Assembly: GCA_964016885.1 (NCBI GenBank)
Contig: OZ024748.1
Span: forward strand, 4,774,001-4,838,000
Length of the DNA: 64,000 bases
Reading direction: 5' to 3'
From: Eledone cirrhosa
Lineage: Eukaryota
Below, piece by piece: positions 41,521 to 56,143 of this stretch. Position numbers and translations under genes: made by a program. Below the pieces are notes generated by a model. That model did no database searches and had not been told where the DNA came from. It worked only from the letters and a program-made list of their open reading frames with translations. Each line of letters opens with the position of its first letter. Position 1 is the first letter of the stretch.

Positions 41521-41679
41521 ATATTTGTAACGTCCTTCTGAATAAAATGCAAGCAATTTATAACGTGTTTTACGCATTTGTAATGTTTAGAAAAGTAGGA
41601 ATAATTTTGTAATCTTTTAGATCAGCTCTGTGTGTAATGACATAGTTAATCTAGTGCCAATAAATCACAGAATTTATAT

Positions 41680-41935
41680 TTAAATTTTGGTCCCTGGCAT
41701 ATGAGAACCCTGCCAGGACATCATTCCTGGTCTGGAGCGAAGATCAGCCCTCAATTGCAATATGCACTCAAAGTTATAACATCGATATCTGCGCGATAGG
41801 TGAAACCCGATTCCCTGGCACGTCCTAAATGGAAGATGTGGGAGAAGGGTACACATTCGTCTGGTCTGCACAACGCGAAGAAGACCACCGTCAGTCTGGT
41901 GCTGCTTTTGTCATTAGATCTGACCGCATATTTAA
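41680..41935 (+). pseudogene. RTE-clade LINE apurinic-like endonuclease fragment
   Basis: LNFGPWHMRTL ... YNIDICAIGETRFPGTS*MEDVGEGYTFVWS..EEDHRQSGAAFVIRS, with frameshift(s) and a stop. Confidence 0.8.
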
Positions 41936-43006
41936 TAACCAGACAGCAGCGGTTTACTGCCAGGTGAAAATATTGAGCAAGCATTTGCTTAGTGGTCATT
42001 TTACGGTCATATATGAATGTGTGTGTGTGTGTGTTAGGGGGTCTTGTGAAATATGGAAGAATTCTTAAAAACTGTGTTAATTGTTCAAACGAGCATCATT
42101 TAAGAAATACTTAATATTTCCCTCAGTTCACACCACATCTCCTCTTAAGCACCGCCCGTGTATTCGACACATTATACTTTATACTAACATATTTTATCAA
42201 ACATCCACCAGCAGCACCACCACCAGTACCCTCACCCCCATCACCGCCAACAACAACAACAACAACAGCAGCCCTACACGCACCAGCCCCACCATCAACA
42301 CCACCACCACCAACATTACCACCATCACACTTAACAACAACAACGACAACAACAATAGCAACAGCACCACCACCAACACAATCAACTACACAACCAACAA
42401 CAACCTTCCCACTGCTGCCGCAAGTTCAACCACCCCCACTACCAGCACCACCATCACCATCACCACCATCAACACCCCCATCATCACCACCACCAACACC
42501 ACTAACAACAAGAATCCTCCCACTGCTGCTACAAGTTTCACCGCCACCACCACCACCAATAACGTTTTCATTACTATCTTTTATCTTCCACCACCATCCC
42601 CTTTAATACCAACACACTTTACACTATCCCCCATCCACCACCACAACTAAAGCCTTTATTATCATAGTCCACATACCAACACCACCCCCGCCAAAGATAC
42701 ACCACCATTAACATCTCTATTACTATCCTCCTTCATCCCCCACCAATGCCATCCACTTATTGTGCATCCTCTTCCATTCACCACCACCACCACCACCACA
42801 AACACCACCACATCCACCACCACCACAACTGCCACCACCACACTCAAATGTTGCCGTTGGTTCACCACCTTGAGCACTCGATGTCTAGGTGGGTCTGTTT
42901 TGATCTAATACTTGCTGTTACAGATTTGGTTCTTAATCTTAATCTAAAGGCTTCCCCTCATTTGCAGAGTATAATATAAACAAATATCTCTCATCATTAA
43001 CGAACC

Positions 43007-43089
43007 TAGAGTTTGATGAGCTTTTGATCGGGCCAGATCGATAGAGATCCAACCTTGAGCTGATCAATAGCGAAACACGCGTCACGCTT
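43007..43089 (+). ncRNA. Hammerhead motif with long stem II, C3U variant (TTGATGA)
   Basis: AGAGT-TTGATGA-GCTTTTGATC...GATCAATAGC-GAAA-C-ACGC-G-TC-ACGCT. Confidence 0.6.
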
Positions 43090-43127
43090 GAATAGACTTA
43101 GTGATGATACTCTGACATCTCGTCTCT

Positions 43128-43165
<38 letters not shown>

Positions 43166-43346
43166 CATATAATTTTGTCCAGCATTAGCCGTCGAAACTA
43201 CCCTAAGTATTGAGTACTTTGGTGCGTCATGGTCCATCTCGTTCCTTCCCACATCGCCTTCGTTATATATATATATATATAATTGGTGAGCGATGCTTAA
43301 AGCGTCCGTAAGCGGTATGCCCTTTAATGCCAATATAGTTAGAATC

Positions 43347-43442
43347 GAGACATATCTGAGGATCTTGCGATTTCAGAGTGAGGTTTGATCATTGCATCCA
43401 TCGCGCCTCGAGCTGGTCGCCAGAGAAACGATTGTAATGTCT
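43347..43442 (+). ncRNA. Hammerhead ribozyme (family E), intact core
   Basis: GACATAT-CTGAGGA-TCTTGCGA...TCGCCAGA-GAAA-C-GATT-G-TA-ATGTC. Same family as 18743; its tail CCGTTTCTTATGTGA runs into (TA)n. A decayed relative is at 59447-59535. Confidence 0.72.
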
Positions 43443-43484
43443 AATAAATCTTATTCGTCGCACCACTGATTCTCCGTTTCTTAT

Positions 43485-43541
<57 letters not shown>

Positions 43542-44118
43542 AGAGAGTTCATTTACACACGACCTAGAATTGGCCAGTAAATCACACATTCAAAGAGGGC
43601 ATTTTTGTTATCGACGGAGTATCCTCATGAACTGTGTACCGAGATATTGACAATACATATATATACATATATATATATGTATATATACGTATATATAGAG
43701 AGAGAGAGATGAAAGTGGCAGAAGAAGAAGAAGAAGAAGAAGAAGAAGAAGAAGAAGAAGAAGAAGAAGAAGAAGAAAAGAGGAAAGAAGGAAAAGAATG
43801 CAGTAATGTGACAAAGAAAGGGACAAAGATTGAATTAGGAAGCAAGATGTAACAACTTAAGGAATTAGGGAATGTGTCGGAATGTTCTAGAAAGAATGGT
43901 AAATGTCAACTTTAATCTAGAAATCCATAGACTAGGGGCTGTTCACTGGAATCTCAGTGAAACCCATAAATTTCAGAGTGTATAAATGCTTGAAAAGGGC
44001 CGTTATGTGAAACCCTACTTAAAAGTTCATAATCCCAAGAATGTTGTCTTTTACAATCACATAGATTCTGATTCGTTGTCCTCTCTTATGGTTCTTTAAT
44101 TCTTTGAATTTCGGATAT

Positions 44119-44152
<34 letters not shown>

Positions 44153-44505
44153 GTAGGAGCAGGTATTAAATAGAACAGAGTTTATATGTCATATGGCTCT
44201 TTACTCTTTTACCTGTTCCAGCCATCCCCCTGAGGCCATGCTGGGGTACCGCCCTTGACTATATATGTTTCGTATAGGGTTGGTTGGGATTGAAGGTATA
44301 AACCGAATCAATGATCCCCAAGCGTGATTAATTATAACATATATATATATATATATAATTTTAAAAAGTATTTATAAACCCATAGAGCAAATATTTATTA
44401 TTAGTATAGATTAAAGCTTAAGCAAATAATGTCTGCTTTTACTCTATTACGGGATCTTCTGAATATGTACTATCCTCACCTAGAAACGATCGTAAAGCAG
44501 TGGGT

Positions 44506-44666
<161 letters not shown>

Positions 44667-44671
44667 GTATA

Positions 44672-44732
<61 letters not shown>

Positions 44733-45131
44733 CACTTGGAATTTGCTGTCGAAACGGCAAGAGTTCTGTCACTGGGCCCCGACTCCTTCCGATATAATCA
44801 CACTCTATTATCCCAAATATCGCCAACCCTGCTAAATAATGGTCTTACTTGTTTAAAATTAGTTACATACTAATGTATAATTATAATTGGTTACATACTA
44901 ATATATATATATATATACATCCAGATGTGAGAAAAACCACAGACCCTCCATCTCAATTCTACTTTTGAAAAGCAGAAGAACTGCGAAACCGGTAAAGGAA
45001 CCAAATAAATATATATATATATTTTTTTTTAAATAAGACTCCAGTTGCATTTTCGATTTCATCTTTTTTCCTTATACTTTCACTCGTGTAGGACACCTCG
45101 GTTATTTTTCATTTTGTAAAAACAACCTCAC

Positions 45132-45224
<93 letters not shown>

Positions 45225-46080
45225 TTGATTAAATAATAGCCTTTTGTCCAACATTGTAATTTCACTTTGGATTTAACAGAAAATATATAATGTAAAAGTA
45301 TATCTAAATTACTTATTATATGCACTCTAGTATTTTGTTATGGGATATGTGTTTCTAGATGGCTATCTTCTAAATACATCAGATTTATAGTTGTATACCA
45401 TAATAATAAATGTAATCAATAATTAAATAGAAGATACAATTGAATTTCAGTTAATTAATATGGTTAGTTAACCGTGATTATTCCAATTTAATGCGATTCA
45501 AACATGTGATCAATTAACGCCATGACGCCAAACGGTTACCAATGTTATATATTAAGTCAAATATAAATTAGTTTGAGGAAAAATGTATTGGGAGAATAAA
45601 TGAGAAACAGAAATTGTAATAATTCTAAAAAGTAAAACAAATAACGTGGTTTCAGAATGACATGTATGCCATTTCTAGCACTACTACAATCTTTTCCTTG
45701 CCCTTCCTGAGTTGTATTACTTCCATACAGGCACTCTCGCCTCACACTTCACTTCTTCTTTCAACATTTCAAGCCATACACTAGCCACATCGCCAGTCAA
45801 TCGTCCCTCGGGAAGTCTTGTTCGTACATGTCCTTTCTGTAGAAATAGACTTGTAACAATTTAAACCATACATCAACAGCTTCAACTCAAAGGTCTAGGA
45901 GGATCTGAAATTGTCATTTGCAAATCATCTTCCTACTGACCTAGCAAATAAAGGTATTGCCAAATATATATGCCAAAGAGAGAGGAAAGAGAAATGAAAA
46001 ATAGTTGTGTTTTGCAGGAGAGAAAGCTGAGATTGACGAGATTAAAATTATCCCAATGGTAACCATCAAAATCTCGGAAT

Positions 46081-46452
46081 GAGAAAGATAGCAAACAGTG
46101 TTAGAATATAGATATAGACTGTCCAGTTGATAACAAGGTATGTGATAAAGAAGGACAAATTGATAGATATGACAAGTTAGCTTGGGAGATTAAGCAGTTG
46201 TGGTGATAATATCAATAATAGACGGGGTCTTGGGAACAGTGAATAAAGATCTTGAGAAGTACATCAAACATATAGGGATGGAACCCTTACAAAAAACAGC
46301 ATTGCTTGGAACAGCTTAAATACTCCGGAGGTTACTAACAAAATAAGGGATGTTACCTCAGTTCACTGGTAGTGAACATCTAACACTGTAATATATCTCC
46401 ACCGTTAGAAGCTGAGCAAAGAAAATATAATAATAATAATAATAATAATAAT
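46081..46452 (+). pseudogene. R4/Dong-like non-LTR retrotransposon 3' end (RLE domain) with (TAA)n tail
   Basis: IDIDCPVDNKVCDKE..IDRYDKLAWEIKQLW and IIDGVLGTVNKDLEKYIKHIG..LQKTALLGTA*ILRRLL, followed by a short UTR and (TAA)n. Confidence 0.8.
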
Positions 46453-46894
46453 ATTGTAGACGTCAATTAAGAAATATATAAATGAATGAATAAATAATAA
46501 AGCCATATATCTTTTCAGTGAACACTAATAGATTTGTTCCTATGATATATAGAGCAAAGGGGTTATCTTGGGAGGTGAGCTGAGTCCTCTCTCTTCATAC
46601 AGACCAGCGACTTGGCAAACAACACAAGAACGATGAATTATTGGTTGATTTAAAACTACGGAGAATGTGTAAGAGGCTAGTTAATGGACATTGTTTCTTT
46701 AGGTTAAGTGAAATAAATGCACAAGGAACAGCTTGTTAGCTGATGAATCTTTCTTATATATCCAGTGTGCAGCTGTCTGCAACCTAATGCTATCATGGCG
46801 TCGTCTGCTAGTTAACATTATTCTTCTTTGTCACACTTTCACTTTTTTTTCTCACTCATTACCACTGTCTTTATTTTCACATACACACACACAA

Positions 46895-46937
<43 letters not shown>

Positions 46938-46948
46938 TACAGTATGTG

Positions 46949-46997
<49 letters not shown>

Positions 46998-47854
46998 TAT
47001 ACATATGCATGTATGTATAGATATAGTAGACAAAAAATATTTAAGTGAATCTCAATACATATAATATCGGAGTATGGTGGGGAACTAGCGAAAGGTGTGA
47101 GGTTCTTTTCATAAAACATCATGTTGGACATTATATCAACCAATTTCTAGACGCTGGAGTCCTGTCAAGATTCATCCATCTAACCTTCATATCTCTTCAT
47201 CCGGCAACATATTTTTTGAAGTAGATAAATGTTATGCGTGAAGTATCTGTTGAAATAATGTAGATAAATTGATAATGAATGCTTCACATGTCTTATATAG
47301 GTAGCTATAGAATGCGGTTCGTGGCCTAATGTTCACGATTTAAGAAACACTTTCCAAAAATTGTGAGTTCAATTCCTAGACGAAGTGGAGCAATGCGTTA
47401 CATTGTAGGTGGCGTTTCATAATATGGCTGCAGTCACTATCATTAAAACATCCGATAATCTTCCAATGAGATACACCCTCGTTGGAGGACAGCTAAGTGT
47501 ACATAAGTGTGGAGCAATAACAACCACATTAAAAGAGATTTTTGAGGAGATGTATACGGTATCATAGATACATTAAAAAAAGCAATTCTGAAATGGGTCA
47601 TAACATAACACATTAGCAAACATATGAACATCTTTTACTGTTTACCCAGAGAAGGGCAGAGTCCCAAAATATTCGGTAAAGATTCTGTGACCTGTGCCAC
47701 ACAATAGCCAAACAATAACCACATTCCAATGACTGAAAATATTTAAAGCAAACAAGCATAAGAGTATATAGATATTATATAAATATATACGGAATATATA
47801 TTTAACATAAACGCACACATATACAAATATGTATCTGGGAATATGAGTGTTTAC

Positions 47855-47917
<63 letters not shown>

Positions 47918-47926
<9 letters not shown>

Positions 47927-48138
47927 TTCTATTCTAAGGCGGGTAAAATTCCCGAGATCCATGGACGAGTTCTCTCCAGCGGTCTCTGTCCCTCATTATC
48001 GCTACCATGTCCTGCGTCTCCAATAGACCAGTGTCTGTCCTTAGGGCATCAACATACGTTAACCTTGGTCTTCCACTTCTAGTGTGTCCATGTAGGGGCT
48101 CCCAAAGGAGCACTGAGTGCAATGTCAACTCTGGATGT
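47918..48138 (-). pseudogene. RTE-type LINE 3' end
   Basis: HSVLLWEPLHGHTRSGRPRLTYVDALRTDTG..MRDRDRWRELV followed by a short A tail. Confidence 0.8.
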
Positions 48139-48239
48139 ACATATGTCAATATATATGCACATATACATACATACATATATATACTTACATATATATATAT
48201 ACATATATGTCTATATATATGTACGTATACATACATACA

Positions 48240-48271
<32 letters not shown>

Positions 48272-48275
48272 CACA

Positions 48276-48475
48276 NNNNNNNNNNNNNNNNNNNNNNNNN
48301 NNNNNNNNNNNNNNNNNNNNNNNNNNNNNNNNNNNNNNNNNNNNNNNNNNNNNNNNNNNNNNNNNNNNNNNNNNNNNNNNNNNNNNNNNNNNNNNNNNNN
48401 NNNNNNNNNNNNNNNNNNNNNNNNNNNNNNNNNNNNNNNNNNNNNNNNNNNNNNNNNNNNNNNNNNNNNNNNNNN
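48276..48475. other. Assembly gap (200 N)
   Basis: Run of N flanked by microsatellite. Confidence 1.
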
Positions 48476-48802
48476 AAATATATATAATGAAATAAATATG
48501 GTTTTATAAATATAGTTTTCCATTTATTTAATATTGTAAATATACTCCAAGTATTTGTCGAGTGCTTTTATATCAGTTATAAATATTTACTAGTTGTAAC
48601 CCAACAATTTTAAATATAACTTTACATATATGTTATATATATATATATTTAATATATATATATGTTATATACATTATATATATATATAAAAAATACATAT
48701 ATATTGTATATATATTATATATATATTAATTATATATACATATTATATATATATTATATATATATATATATTAAATATATATATACTAAATATATATATA
48801 TG

Positions 48803-48837
<35 letters not shown>

Positions 48838-49030
48838 CATATATAATATATATATATAACACACACACATATATATATATAGCTATATACATATATCGTC
48901 ATAAACGTAATTTATTTCTACATTTTCACGATAAACACTGGCTCTTCCATAATCATCATCATCATCATCTTCATCATCCTTACAATTATCTTAATCCCCC
49001 CCCATCACCATCACTACGATCATCATCATC

Positions 49031-49213
49031 GGCAGTATCGGTAGAGGGTCGGGCGCCATGCTTTGCAGCATAGAGTTACGGCCCTTTATGGTCTGAGTTC
49101 AAATCTCGCCGAGGTTAACTTTGCCTTTCATCCTACGGGGGTCGATAAAATAAAGTACCAGTAATACACTGGGAAAAGTGCTGGCCTTGTGCCTAAAGTA
49201 GAAACAATTATTA
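49031..49213 (+). mobile_element. Near-full-length SINE (major family)
   Basis: A box through tail match the consensus. Confidence 0.88.
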
Positions 49214-49467
49214 TCAACTCCAAAACGAACTTCTTTTTCTTCTGTTTCCACCCTCTCTCTCCACCTCCCAGTTGGTAATTCCCCCCCCCCCTGCTCCTCC
49301 TCCGCCTCCTCCTCCCATCCTCCTTCTCCTCTTCCCATCCCAAATCTTAATTATACCGGAGGTCTTACTTCTGGCCGCCGAGATCCGCGCTATTTCACGC
49401 AAATCTCTTTTGTCAATGTCTAGAGCTCTTCTTCTGACAAAAGTCGAGGCCGCCTGGACACACACGT

Positions 49468-49504
<37 letters not shown>

Positions 49505-49521
49505 CACACACACACACACGT

Positions 49522-49556
<35 letters not shown>

Positions 49557-50268
49557 AACACACACACACACACAAGCACACACACGGACATATACATATA
49601 TATGCATATATATATAATACAAAATGAATAGACAAAAGCAACAACAGAAACATACATACGTAGATATATAGATACATATATATATATATATACATACATA
49701 CATACATACATACATATATGCACACACATACATATATATATATATACATGTGTGTATGTATTTGTCTGTGCTTTGCCAGACGCCACGGCTTTACACTAAC
49801 TCAAGTATACAGACCTCACGCAATCACGTCCAAACGCTTGAGAGGAGATACGTACACACACACAACATACACACACATAGATATAAAAACACACACATAT
49901 ATATATATATATGTGTGTGGGCATATTTATAAATATATATATATATACACACACACACATACAAACGAACACCTGTATGTATGTGTGTATGCATATATTT
50001 ATGTATGTATATATGTATATATGTATGTATGCGTGTATATGTATGTGTGCTTGTATATACAAGCGGAAACAATCAGTCATGTAGAGTAAGACAAAACACA
50101 CATGTATGTGTGTAGATTAACATAAACCTTCATATATACACAAATATCTACACTAACAACACTAAACAGAATCATATTATACGTAAACATGAACAACTTT
50201 ACCTTCATGAACATAGCCTCATATATATATGTATATATATATATATTTGTATATATATATATATATTT

Positions 50269-50306
<38 letters not shown>

Positions 50307-50409
50307 TTGTATATTTTTTTTTTTTTAAAAGATCGTCTTTTTTGTCAAATCGGACCGAGGGAACAATGTTTCCGTTGGTCTTTCCAATTGCTAATACTAT
50401 CTATCGGTC

Positions 50410-50541
50410 GCAACTCCAGGTAGAAGGAGCAACGTGAAATAAAGTGTCTTGCTCAAGGACATAACGCATCGCCTGGTCCAGGAATCGAACTCACAACCTT
50501 ACGATTGCGAATACAATTCTCTAACCACTCAGCCACACGCC
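50410..50541 (-). mobile_element. Second tRNA-derived SINE family (CORE/V-SINE-like head)
   Basis: Minus strand reads GGCGTGTGGCTGAGTGGTTAG..GAGTTCGATTCC..TGTCCTTGAGCAAGACACTTT. Related copies at ~52405-52480 and ~62540-62640. Confidence 0.75.
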
Positions 50542-50554
50542 TTCACTATATTCG

Positions 50555-50585
<31 letters not shown>

Positions 50586-50701
50586 ATATATATATATATA
50601 TATATATATATTTGCTCTACGGTTTTATATATATGTATATACAATTCTTATCGAGCTCTCATCGGATTTTGGTCTTTGTATTTGTTTTTACTATATATAT
50701 A

Positions 50702-50775
<74 letters not shown>

Positions 50776-50835
50776 CTTTGCCCTCCCTAAAAATGTTTGG
50801 CCTTGTGCCTAAATCAGAAACAATTATTTTTATTT

Positions 50836-50975
50836 TTGTTTCTACTTTAAGCACAAAGCCAGCATTTATCTCAGTGTATTACTGGTACTTTATTTTATCG
50901 ACCCCGTAAGGATGAAAGGCAAAATTAACCTCGGCGGGATTTGAACTCAAACCGTAAAGGGACGTAATTCTATGT
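50836..50975 (-). mobile_element. 5'-truncated SINE (major family), tail-to-tail with a SINE tail at 50770-50828
   Basis: Consensus match. Confidence 0.8.
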
Positions 50976-51522
50976 TTAACTCTATGTTTAATAATAACTC
51001 TATTATTATTATTATTGAGGATTTGGGAGTATAGTTGGAGAGGGTCAGTCAAAAATGTTTGGCGAAATTTCGTTAGGGCCCTTTCTATTTTGAGTTCATG
51101 GTCGGTAAATTTAGATACCAGTAATATGCCACGAATGAATTAATCGACTTGAATCCTTTCTTGAAACTTGTTAACCATTCTGCTACATTCTTTTTTTTCT
51201 CAACCTGTAAAACCAATGTGAATTCTTTCTTTCAATGTCATCCACATAATCGGAAGTGGATGAAAATGGTGAGCGCGGTTGTTGTGACGCCTTAGTGGTT
51301 ACGGTATTAATATTGATGGTGGTTGAGGTATAGGGGGTTATAATTGTGGTGTATTGCCTGTTATGATAGTGATGGTGGTGATGATGATGGTGGTGATGGT
51401 GTGGTGGTGGTGGTGATGATCGTGGTGGTGGTTGGGGTAGGAGCTGTTAGTGGTGGTGAAGCTGGATGGACATGATATTGCTGGTGGTGGTGGTTATGTT
51501 GATTAGAAGAGAGGGGTTGAGA

Positions 51523-51601
<79 letters not shown>

Positions 51602-52876
51602 ATTTAGTGTTTTGCAATAAATCAACATTTGTTGATGTTGCTGTCGCCATCACCCCATCCACCACCACCACCACCACCACTACCAGCAACAACAACACTA
51701 CCGCCCCCACCGCCACTACCAACAACAACAACAACAACAACAACACTACCGCCACCACCACCGCCATCACTACCCACTATCAACATCACAACTACCAGCA
51801 TTACTACTACCACTACTACTACTACTACATGATGATGAGGATGATGATGGTGATGAAAATGATGAGTGTGTCCCCCACTCGCAGTCACCTACCCCTTATC
51901 CCCCCCTAACACCAACATGTATTCAAATATGGACAGGAACCTACGTTTGCGAATTCCAAAATAACAAGAAATTCCCTCGAGGTCGGAAACGGGAATTATT
52001 CCCCTCCACCACTACCACCTCCGTTACACCTTCTCCTACTCCAGCCCCAGAACGCTAAACCTACCACCACCACCACAACAACCACCTTCTACACCCCCAC
52101 CTAGACCCCCCCCACAACCTATACCGCCATAAGCAGAAGGAAGCTCTACTTAATACTTGACCTTCTAGAAATACTAAGCAAGAAATATTTAACATCGATA
52201 TAAAGGATACATTGGATAATATGATAGAAAGTACAATATAGCCAGGAAGAAGGTGGGTTTATGAAGGTTGGCCGGTTTTGATCAAATAGGTTATGTTCTA
52301 ACCTATACAGGTTTAGCTGGCCTCCTCCAAGGTATACCTCGTTGGAGGTGTCTTGGATAATTTCATGATAGGAACCCCAGTCCTATCATCTCATTTCTAC
52401 AGCTGAGTAAACTGGAGCAACGTGAAATAAAGTGTCTTGCTCAAGGAAACAACACATCACCCGGTCTGAGAATTGAACTCACTACTAGAGAGGGTTGGCT
52501 CCACACTATATCTCTACGGCACCACTATGCATCTATCAGGAGTTCCGCGTATATACTTGTAAATTCATCTGACTGGTATTTTATCAACTATAGAAGACAA
52601 ACTTGTGCTCAGATTGTTAACAGGGTTTACAACTAAATATCACAAAGCATATTGTCCGATTCTCTAACGATTTAGTCAAACTTTTAATAATATTTAACAT
52701 ATCTACAAAACCATATATCTAGTTGTGCATGGGGACCGTTACTTCTGTTGACCCAGCTACTGGAATGATTATTTCATCGACACAAGGAAATATTAAAGAC
52801 GAAGTTAACTGGGTTCCAATTTGAAATTATAAAGTAAATAGCCGTAATTAACAGATGTTTATAGAATAATGATAAT

Positions 52877-53068
52877 AATTGTTTCTACTTTTGGCACAAG
52901 GCCAGTAATTATCCCAGTACATTACTGGTACTGTTTTTTATCGACCCCGTAAGGATGAAAGGCAAAGTCAACCTCGGCGGGATTTGAACTCAGACCATAA
53001 AGGGCCGTAAACTCTATGCTGCAAAGCATGGCGTCCGACCCTCTACCGATACTGCCAATGCACCGCCC
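52877..53068 (-). mobile_element. Full-length SINE with ~19-bp TSD, inserted at the tail of an older SINE (53087-53260)
   Basis: TSD ATAGAATAA(T/C)GATAATAAT at 52861-52879 and 53069-53087. Confidence 0.88.
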
Positions 53069-53928
53069 ATAGAATAACGATAATAATGGTTTCTAATTGA
53101 GGTAGGGGGCTAACAATCTTGGTGGAGAGGAATGTCGAATAAATCAACCTCAGTGTATTACTGCTACTTTATTTTATCGATCCCGTAAGGATGAAAGGCA
53201 GAGTTGACTTCGGCAGGAATTGAACTCAGACAGTAAAGGGCCGTAACTCTATGCTGCAAATATTAATATTGATAAATATGTAATTCTATTTACACTTGTA
53301 TTTTGTACATATAATTCCAGTTGGTAAACAGAAAGTGTGCGGGCGGGGGGCGTATACTCATAACGATTATAGGCCCTAAAGAAGTGGTGGTGTGCTCGAA
53401 GAGGTAGATGGTCATTTTTCATATTTGTGTGTAAGATTTAGCAGGAATAACGTCAGTGACGTAGAAAAGGGTGGGGGGGGGGGGGGTATCGGGTGGAGGA
53501 GAGATAGTTTAGGTGTGGAGCGTTAAGTAAAAGTGTTCAGTATTTAGGACTTGAGGTGTGAAGCTGATTGTGGGTGGTCCTACAGCCAACAACACTTGGT
53601 TGGCTGGGTAATATTGTTTACTCTGTAACTGGGTACTGTTAGAGATGATATGTGAGGTAGAGAGATGGGAGGAGAAGGGGTGATATTGAAGAGATGGGGG
53701 AGGGATATAGGGAGAGATATAGGAAGCAGGGTTATATATATATAGAGAGAGAGGGGGAGAGAGGTAGGGGGTAAAAGAAAAAGAGAGGTAAAGAAAGAGA
53801 GAAAGAGACAGATAAAGAGAGGATGAGGAACTTGGCTGGAAGAAGATTCAGAAATGACTATATTTAAAAAGAACACTAAAATCACATTACAAATACAGGT
53901 GGACGTAGTGGATGTCTTGCTATGTTTA

Positions 53929-54069
<141 letters not shown>

Positions 54070-54179
54070 ATATATTGGTGTAGACACACAGACACATATG
54101 TGTGTGCGTGGGAGTGGGCATGTGTGTATCATAATATATTTATATCTATGAATTTCCGATCACATATACATACACACAC

Positions 54180-54235
<56 letters not shown>

Positions 54236-54327
54236 TATAAATATATATGTGTGTGTGTGTGTTAGGTAATTCCGAAGGAAAAGCAAAGGAAAAAAGAGTG
54301 CTCTATGTATATAACAGAGCTATTTAA

Positions 54328-54533
54328 TGAGAAAGTGAACAAACACAAAATATAACTACTCCATTACCAAAGGTTTCTGGATCCCAGACAATAATAATAT
54401 ACGTCGTCAGACAGAGATAACATCTCTGTCTGACGACCGATCCAGACCTATATTATTATTGTCTGTGAATCAGAAACCTTTGGTAATGGAGTACCATTAC
54501 CAAAGGTAGTTATATTTTGTGTTGTTCACTTTC

Positions 54534-54535
<2 letters not shown>
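54328..54535 (+). mobile_element. Fold-back PLE terminus (family F) with hammerhead at 54425-54490
   Basis: Arms centred on ACAGAGAT-AAC-ATCTCTGT. TCTGT-CTGACGA-..CAGAC..GTCTG..-GAAA-CC-ttt-GG-TA-ATGGA gives a GUA site. Confidence 0.75.
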
Positions 54536-54615
<80 letters not shown>

Positions 54616-54864
54616 TTATACACGCACACATATTCATTCGTGTGTAGGAGTGTTTAAAGACGCTGCTATCAAATATATAAGTTTGTTTAGTTATTTAATT
54701 AAGTGTGGCAGTAGGATGTGTAATGTCTGAAAGACAAGAGAAATATTATATATCAACAAAAATTAAAGTTTTTATTTGAGTTGCAAATTAGGAATTAAAT
54801 ATAAAATACGACTTCATCAGGGGTGATATTTTGAAAGACATGATTTGTATTAATAATGCTTTCT

Positions 54865-55517
54865 TTATTTCTGATATAGGCACAAGGCCAACAATTTTGG
54901 GGTAAAGGGGAAGTCGATAAAATCGACGCCAGTACCTTACTGGTACTTTATTTATCGACCCCGAAAGGATGAAAGGCAAATTTAACCTCGGCGAGATTTG
55001 AACTCAGAATATAAAAGGCTGTAACTATGTCATGAAGCTTTTTCTTCGGCGCTCTACCGATACTGCCAATTCGCCGCATTGGCTTGCATTAATAATATTA
55101 ATGATATTAATGGATTCATTTATTGGCCACAAGAGCCGACATATAGGGGACGATACGATAGACGGGAACAGTGGGGTTTTACACAGAAATCGAGTAAAAA
55201 ATAGGAAAACAATGATAATAATTGTTTCTACTTTAGGCATACGGCCAGTAATTTTGAAGGGGAAGGGAAAATCGATTATATCTAACCCATTGGTACTTTA
55301 TTTATCGACCCCATATGGATGAAAGGCAAAGCTAACCTCGGAGGAATTTGAATTTAGAAAATAAAAGAGACATAACTCTATCCTTCAAATGATGATGTCT
55401 GGCGCTCTACCGATTCTGCCATTCCAATGATAATAATTGTTTCTACTTTAGGCACAAGGCCAGCAATTTCCAAGTACTTTATTTTATCGACCCCGTAAGG
55501 ATGAAAGGCAAAGTCAA
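54865..55517 (-). mobile_element. Cluster of three co-oriented SINE copies
   Basis: Copies at ~54865-55083, 55218-55422 and 55434-55517. Confidence 0.8.
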
Positions 55518-56057
55518 ATGATAATAATGATTTCACTTATTGACCACAAGGGCCGACATTCCAATGATAATAATGAGTTGGAATGAGGTGTCAAATATCA
55601 TTATTATATTTTTTTCACGTGTGACGCACGTTTCGCAATTGATCAGCTTAACTTACGATCCATATCGACTGCGCAGGTCTCTGGAATCAATAGCTGCTCA
55701 GGTTGGTGGTAACCTTGATTCCAAGATGAGTTTTGTTTCATAGCAGACAAAAGGCAAAGTGTATTTAAATTTTAAATGAATCAACAGTGATGGATGAAAA
55801 TACTACATGACATTTCCGTATTTCCGTTAAACAAGCAATTGTTTGCAATCTCACACACCGGAAAAGCGAACACACACACACACACACACAAACACACATA
55901 TATATATATACATATATATGTGTGCGTGTGTGTGTGTATGTATATGTGTGTATATATATGTGTGTGAATATATATATATATATAAATATATACATATATA
56001 TATATATACATATATATATAAATACATATATATATACACACACATATATATATATAA

Positions 56058-56143
<86 letters not shown>

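Noticed and set aside
44984-44993. Isolated HHR 3' halves (GAAACCGGTA here; also near 6560, 6686 and 20227)
   Set aside because: There is no intact upstream CUGANGA core, so they are not called ribozymes, although they are consistent with stubs truncated inside the motif.
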